NCBI GenBank assembly: GCA_035547035.1
Contig: DASZVL010000092.1
Coordinates: forward strand, 86,113-150,112
DNA from: Mycobacteriales bacterium
Lineage (GTDB): Bacteria; Actinomycetota; Actinomycetes; JAFAQI01
DNA: 64,000 bases
Reading direction: 5' to 3'
The notes under the pieces were generated by a model that was given only the letters and a program-made list of their open reading frames with translations, was not told the origin of the DNA and did not search any database. A program made the translations under genes and the position numbers. Positions 58,621-64,000 of this stretch are shown here, piece after piece; position 1 is the first letter of the stretch, and every line of letters starts with the position of its first letter.

Positions 58621-59531
58621 GCGGGCGTCGTGCGGCTGCGCGGCCCGGCGCGCAGCACCTGGCTCGGCAAGGTGCGGCCGACAATCCGCTCGGCTGTCGC
58701 GGCCGCGTCGATCATCGCGTCAAGGTTGATGCCGGTGTCCACGCCCATGTCCTCGACCATGTGGATCAGCTCCTCGGTCGCGACGTTGCCGCTTGCGCCA
58801 GGGGCGTATGGACACCCCCCGAGGCCGCCGACGCTCGCGTCGAAGTCGTTGACGCCGAGCTGCATCGCCGCGAGCACGTTGGCTAGTCCGGTGCCGCGGG
58901 TGTTGTGAAAGTGCAGGTTGACACCGACGTCCGGGGTCGCCATCCGCAGCTCGCCCACGAGCCGCGTGACCCGACCCGGTGTCGCCATCCCGGTCGTGTC
59001 GCCGAACGCGATCCCGTCGGCGCCGTCTCGCACCGCGCGGCCGGCGACGGACACGACACGCTCGACCGCAACATCGCCCTCGTACGGGCAACCCCATGCG
59101 GTGGCGACGATGACCTGGACTCGGGCCTCCATCCCGTGCGCGAGGTTGATCAGCTCCGCGATCTCATCCAGCGACTCGTCGGTGCTGCGGTTGATGTTCT
59201 TGCGGTTGTGGGTGTCTGACGCCGACACCACAACCTCGATGTCCCGGAAGCCGGCACCCAGCGCGCGTTGCGCGCCTCGCAGGTTCGGCACGAGCGCCGA
59301 GTAACGGACGTCATCGTTGCGGGCGATTCCGGCCCACACCTCGTCAGCGTCCGCCATCTGCGGGATCGCCTTCGGTGACACGAAGCTCACGGCTTCGATA
59401 CGGCGTACGCCGGTCGCCGACAGCGCGTCGAGCAGCTCGACCTTCGCTTCCGTGGAGACCGGCGCTTCGTTCTGCAGGCCGTCGCGCGGCCCGACCTCGC
59501 GGAGACTGATAGCGGAAGGAAGGTCGCTCAC
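58617..59531 (-). CDS. hydroxymethylglutaryl-CoA lyase
   Basis: 304 aa. EVGPRDGLQNE, FVSPK, HFHNTRG and GGLGGCPYAPGASGN. Confidence 0.95.
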   Translation of the reverse strand: MSDLPSAISLREVGPRDGLQNEAPVSTEAKVELLDALSATGVRRIEAVSFVSPKAIPQMADADEVWAGIARNDDVRYSALVPNLRGAQRALGAGFRDIEVVVSASDTHNRKNINRSTDESLDEIAELINLAHGMEARVQVIVATAWGCPYEGDVAVERVVSVAGRAVRDGADGIAFGDTTGMATPGRVTRLVGELRMATPDVGVNLHFHNTRGTGLANVLAAMQLGVNDFDASVGGLGGCPYAPGASGNVATEELIHMVEDMGVDTGINLDAMIDAAATAERIVGRTLPSQVLRAGPRSRTTPA

Positions 59532-59540
59532 AACGCGACT

Positions 59541-60509
59541 CTAAGACGACGAGGCCCGGCGAAGCCGCATCGGTTGCAGCATCGCGTAGCCGCGCACCGG
59601 CCGCGGCGGCACTCGTCGAAGCTGCCAGTCCGAGTCCCCGTCGAGCGCGGCGGCGAACTCACGGTCGACGAGGACAGACCCGGGTCGCGCGATAGACGTG
59701 AGCCGGCTGGCGAGATTCACCGGTTCGCCGTACACATCACCGAGCCGCGACAACACGGTGCCGAAGGCGAGCCCGACCCGCAGGTCCGGAATGGACTCGT
59801 CGGCCGGAACCTCTTCGGACAGCCGCATTCCGATCTCTGCGGCGGTCCGTGCGTCATCCGCCACGAACAGCACCTCGTCGCCGATGGTCTTGATGACTCG
59901 ACCGCCACCGGTCGCCACGACGTCTGAGGCGTGCGCTTCGAACCGCTCGACCAGCGCACCGAGCTGCGCGTCGCCGATCTCGCGGGTGAGGCTGGTGAAC
60001 CCCACCAGGTCGGCGAAGCCGACCGCGATCGTCCCCGCCGCGAACTCGTCGCCGCTTCCGGCCAGGACGCGGCCCGCGACGGCCGCAAGATGACGTCGCC
60101 AGACGTAGCCGATCAGCTCCTCGACGACCGGGACGAGCTCCTCGGCCCGACGCATCGCCTGGTCCGGCGCGAGCGACGGGTCGAGAACCGAGCCGATCGC
60201 CGCGAGCTGCCAGTCGGCGAGGCGTGACAGCGATTGGCCGAGTGCGCGCGCCATCGACACCTGCATGTCGGGTGGCAGCCAGCCGGCGACGCCGAGCGAA
60301 TCAACCGTGCGAAGCGCCCACACGTCGCGGTCCGTGAACGCCTCGACACCGTCCTCGACGTCGGCGAAGCCGAGTGCGTTCCACAGCTCGGTGCAGCGGT
60401 CGATCGAGACGCCGGACAGCTCGGACACCTGAAGTCGCGTGTAGCGGCGCTCGCCGCCGAGCAGCTCGCGTTCGAGCGCGGCCGGATCAAGATGCTGGGG
60501 ATCAGTCAT
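59541..60509 (-). CDS. class III adenylate cyclase with N-terminal MerR-like HTH-type domain
   Basis: 322 aa from ATG 60509. Catalytic residues are present: VGFADLVGFT, KTIGDEV and GEPVNLASRL. The N-terminal YTRLQVSELSGVSIDRCTELWNALGF resembles an HTH. Confidence 0.85.
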   Translation of the reverse strand: MTDPQHLDPAALERELLGGERRYTRLQVSELSGVSIDRCTELWNALGFADVEDGVEAFTDRDVWALRTVDSLGVAGWLPPDMQVSMARALGQSLSRLADWQLAAIGSVLDPSLAPDQAMRRAEELVPVVEELIGYVWRRHLAAVAGRVLAGSGDEFAAGTIAVGFADLVGFTSLTREIGDAQLGALVERFEAHASDVVATGGGRVIKTIGDEVLFVADDARTAAEIGMRLSEEVPADESIPDLRVGLAFGTVLSRLGDVYGEPVNLASRLTSIARPGSVLVDREFAAALDGDSDWQLRRVPPRPVRGYAMLQPMRLRRASSS

Positions 60510-60513
60510 CGCG

Positions 60514-61947
60514 TCACCTGTTACCCCGGCGCAGCCGGGCAACTTCGGCAGCGAACCGTTCTTGTGCCGCCATCGGATCGCCCAGCGCGGACCTGATCAG
60601 CTCGCGGCGTCGCTTCGCGGTCGCATCCCGCCCGCCGGTGGCTGCTGCGACGAACGCGTCGAGTCCGGAGAGGTCGGGACCGAGCTGGAATCCTCCGGCG
60701 GTCGACGGGAACTGCTTCGTGAACTCCCGCCGGCCGAGGTCACGGGTGTCGGCAACCGCGTACGGCCGGTCGTAGGCAAGGAACTCGGCGATCACGCTGG
60801 ACACATCAGCGACGAGACCCGCGGCGTCGGCCATGGTCCGGCTGATCGGCTCGGCATGCGGGATCTGGCCCACCCGCCGGACGATGGCCTGGTGGGCCTG
60901 CCGCACGGCCGCATTGCGCCGCCCAGTGAGCGGATGGGGCCGGTAGCGGACCTGCACATCGGGACGGGCAAGCAACGCGTCTACGAGCGCGACGCCGACG
61001 TGGGGAAGCGAGCTGTGGTGTTCGTCGTCGCCCCAGCCTTCCCAGGTCGGGGCATAGACGATCACCGGCGGCTCAGGCGGCGGCTCCACCGGCGGTACGA
61101 ACTGCGGTCGGCCGATCTCGCGAATCGCGTCGTCGCGCACCCCGACGGCAGCGTCCGCGTAACGCTGCCGCCCGAGCGGGCCCGCGACCCATACCTCGTC
61201 GTACACCCGCGCATAGGGATTCGTGCTGTCCGGCTTGTCGCTCTCGCCGTGCCCGACGAACACGCAGACCGTCTCGGGTCGGCGGATCATCGACAGGTTG
61301 TTGCCGCTGTGCGTCACGAAGAAGGTGATGACCCGACGCGGCAGTGGGAGTGCGGCGACGAGCCCGTTGTACGGCGTGGAGACGACGGGGAACGGGGAGT
61401 CCGTCAGCTGGTCCATCACGATGTCGCTGCGGAGCAGCACCAGCGTGCGCAGGCCGATCCGCTCGATCGGCGCGAACCACATCCGCAGCTGGTAGAGCTC
61501 CTCGGCGTTACCCGCGAAGTAGATGACCAGCTCCGGATCGAATCGCCCGACGGCGGCGGAGATCGCGTCGCTCGCCCGTTGCCGAAGCCCGGAGCGATGA
61601 TCGCGCCAGAGCAGTCGCCCGAGCACGGCGACGGACGGCAGGGAGAGCACTGCCGCGATCAACGGCCCACCGCGCGGACGCACGAGCAGACGCGGCGCAG
61701 GGCGAGGCATCCGGAACTCACCGAGGTCAAGACCATGGCTTCTCAGGGGCGTACGGCGCATCCGGGCGACGAGGCCGCGCAACGCCTCCGCGACGGCAGT
61801 GGCGGCAAGGAGGAGGCCCATCGCGACAGCGACCGCGATCGCGGCCGGAAGCGAAAGGTTCCTCGCGACGACCAGCGTCACTACGACGCCGGCGAGGCCG
61901 ACCCAGATCGGCGTACCCATGCCGGCTGCTCGTGCTTTGGCGATCAC
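60514..61947 (-). CDS. membrane-anchored TagB/TagF-like CDP-glycerol glycerophosphotransferase family protein
   Basis: 477 aa. About 3 N-terminal TM segments, then Glyphos_transf-like motifs VIVYAPTWEG, YRPHPL and LVADVSSVIAEFLAYDRP. 4-nt overlap with the upstream PH-domain gene. Confidence 0.65.
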   Translation of the reverse strand: MIAKARAAGMGTPIWVGLAGVVVTLVVARNLSLPAAIAVAVAMGLLLAATAVAEALRGLVARMRRTPLRSHGLDLGEFRMPRPAPRLLVRPRGGPLIAAVLSLPSVAVLGRLLWRDHRSGLRQRASDAISAAVGRFDPELVIYFAGNAEELYQLRMWFAPIERIGLRTLVLLRSDIVMDQLTDSPFPVVSTPYNGLVAALPLPRRVITFFVTHSGNNLSMIRRPETVCVFVGHGESDKPDSTNPYARVYDEVWVAGPLGRQRYADAAVGVRDDAIREIGRPQFVPPVEPPPEPPVIVYAPTWEGWGDDEHHSSLPHVGVALVDALLARPDVQVRYRPHPLTGRRNAAVRQAHQAIVRRVGQIPHAEPISRTMADAAGLVADVSSVIAEFLAYDRPYAVADTRDLGRREFTKQFPSTAGGFQLGPDLSGLDAFVAAATGGRDATAKRRRELIRSALGDPMAAQERFAAEVARLRRGNR

Positions 61948-62444
61948 TTCAGCCGCTGCGCCTCGTCCTCGACCAGGCGGTAGATCTCGCGCTGCACCTC
62001 CTCGACGTGCGGCACGTCGTTCAAGGAGACCTGGCCACGTTCGCCGGCCGACTCGATGACGAGGGTGCCCGATCCGAACAGCCGCTCGACGATGCTTCGC
62101 GAGAAGGAAACATCGTTGACCCGGGTCAACGGGATGTCACGGCCCTTGCGCGACAGCACGCCGTTTCGCATGAGCACGCGGCGATCCGTCACGACGTATC
62201 GCGTGGTCAGCCAGAACAGGAACGGCCGAAGCGACCACCAGACCAGGATCACGACGGCAATCGCAAGGATCAGCCATCGCACGTACTTGCGGGCGCTGTC
62301 GTCGGGCAGCGAGAAGTAGACGTACGACGCGAGCCCGACCACGACCGGCAAGAGGAGCACCGGCCCCGCGACGCGCCGCCAGTGCGGGCGCAGGTTGCGA
62401 ACCACATGCTCGTCCGCGTCAAGGATGTTCTCCGGGAAGCCCAC
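61944..62444 (-). CDS. bacterial PH domain (bPH_2/YdbS-like) membrane protein (Rv3278c-like)
   Basis: 166 aa. Two TM segments, then YVVTDRRVLMRNGVLSRKGRDIPLTRVNDVSFSRSIVERLFGSGTLVIES. Confidence 0.85.
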   Translation of the reverse strand: MGFPENILDADEHVVRNLRPHWRRVAGPVLLLPVVVGLASYVYFSLPDDSARKYVRWLILAIAVVILVWWSLRPFLFWLTTRYVVTDRRVLMRNGVLSRKGRDIPLTRVNDVSFSRSIVERLFGSGTLVIESAGERGQVSLNDVPHVEEVQREIYRLVEDEAQRLK

Positions 62445-62447
62445 CGC

Positions 62448-63254
62448 TTACCCCCTCTTCCGGGCGTGCGTCACGTCACCGACCAGCCAGGCCTGCGATT
62501 CACCAGTCTTCTCGTCGCGGACGAGCAGCCGGCCCGTGTCGTCGACATCCATCGCGATCCCTCGCACCACTTCTCCCCCTGGCAGCTCGAGCTCGACGTC
62601 GGCGCCAATCGTCTCGCATCGCTCCCGGTACGCGGGGAGCACCGAGGCGGGGTCCCCGGACCAGCGCCATTCGGCGTACCGGCGGGCGAGTGCCCGCAAC
62701 ACCTCTTTGAGCAGCGGTTCCCGATCCGTCACGCCGCCGGCGAGGAGCAGGCTGGTCGCCGTCTCGACCGGAAGCTCGTCGTCTCGGGTAGAGACGTTGA
62801 GGCCGATCCCGACGACCGCAGCCCCGCCCGCGAGCTCCACCAGCAGGCCGCCCAGCTTCCGGCCCTCGACCAGCACATCGTTCGGCCACTTCAAGGTCGC
62901 CTCCACTCGGCCGACGGTCGACACCGCCTCGACCGTCGCCAGCCCGGCGATCAGCGGGAGCAGGCTCAGCTGTGCGGCATCGAGAGATGGCCGCAACAGA
63001 ACCGAGAAGGTCAGCCCCGCTCGGGGTGGTGACTCCCACCGCCGGTCGAGGCGGCCGCGTCCCGCCGTCTGCTGCTCGGCGACGAGGACGAGTCCCTCCG
63101 CCGCACCTGCGCGAGCCTTGGCCGCAAGGTCCGCGTTGGTGGAGTCTGCCCGCTCGACGACCTCGACCTGCCGCCAGAGATCCCCCACGAGCGCCCGCTG
63201 CAGCCTTGCTGCGGACAGCGGAGGCCGAGACAGGTCGCTGAACGCGGAGATCAC
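62448..63254 (-). CDS. birA: biotin-[acetyl-CoA-carboxylase] ligase
   Basis: 268 aa from GTG 63254, with GGAG upstream. AEQQTAGRGRLDRRW and KWPNDVLV...KLGGLLVE. The upstream part of the track ORF is Arg-rich and overlaps the accD5 promoter region. Confidence 0.9.
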   Translation of the reverse strand: MISAFSDLSRPPLSAARLQRALVGDLWRQVEVVERADSTNADLAAKARAGAAEGLVLVAEQQTAGRGRLDRRWESPPRAGLTFSVLLRPSLDAAQLSLLPLIAGLATVEAVSTVGRVEATLKWPNDVLVEGRKLGGLLVELAGGAAVVGIGLNVSTRDDELPVETATSLLLAGGVTDREPLLKEVLRALARRYAEWRWSGDPASVLPAYRERCETIGADVELELPGGEVVRGIAMDVDDTGRLLVRDEKTGESQAWLVGDVTHARKRG

Positions 63255-63325
63255 ACGTCTCCACCCCTCCCGCCGCCCAGGAGCTGAGCCAGCGACGCTG
63301 GCACCGCTCGTTACGCTAACGGCCC

Positions 63326-64000
<675 letters not shown>

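Overview
This is a high-GC actinobacterial chromosomal core segment with strong GC3 codon bias. It is densely coding: I call about 66 CDS, most on the minus strand, many joined by 4-nt ATGA/GTGA start-stop overlaps. From memory, gene order is largely colinear with the Mycobacterium tuberculosis Rv3233c-Rv3281 region.

Gene content, left to right:
- patatin lipase, WS/DGAT, HAD hydrolase, a LytR_C protein and an acyl-CoA dehydrogenase (ACAD)
- a hypothetical gene, a SAF/CpaB-like gene and a TadZ/ParA-like gene
- two tandem Rv3235-like genes, then secA
- an SDR, cax, a LuxR-type response regulator, a short hpf, comF, and lpqB-mtrB-mtrA
- ahcY, a SIS isomerase, Trm112, phosphomannomutase, a zinc-ribbon protein, DUF3499 and an Rv3259-like gene
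- DUF5719 plus a 1056-aa GT2-membrane fusion, a whiB2-like gene, and a 513-aa helical protein with a histone-like tail
- fbiA/cofD, a short cofE, GDP-mannose pyrophosphorylase, GT4, a TIGR03089-like gene, acetoacetyl-CoA synthetase, ferrochelatase, an ACAD and UDP-glucose dehydrogenase
- menE/menA/menC/menD plus a dienelactone hydrolase
- a fatty-acid hydroxylase divergent from a GntR regulator
- SRPBCC-methyltransferase-menF-purE-purK-ACAD
- GtrA
- a seven-gene minus-strand string from birA to a carboxyltransferase, then the 5' part of accD5

I recognised no rRNA, tRNA, CRISPR array, transposase, integrase or phage gene, and no obvious low-GC island. I also found no self-contained novel multi-gene system such as a defence island.

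The most unusual signal is non-coding. An 80-nt intergenic element occurs twice, downstream of secA and between the zinc-ribbon gene and the phosphomannomutase gene. Each copy carries three ATGT[C/G]ACAT palindromes at exactly 32-bp centre-to-centre spacing.

Secondary observations:
- a CofE/FbiB that lacks the C-terminal reductase domain
- a ferrochelatase whose conserved N-terminus has only a CTG start available
- a whiB-adjacent helical protein with an AKP-rich basic tail
- a DLH-type hydrolase coupled to menD, a candidate for the missing MenH function
- a menF-methyltransferase-SRPBCC coupling
- an orphan SAF plus TadZ-like pair
- a clear FadR/GntR-type operator

All calls come from reading the ORF translations and the sequence by eye. 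No database search was run.
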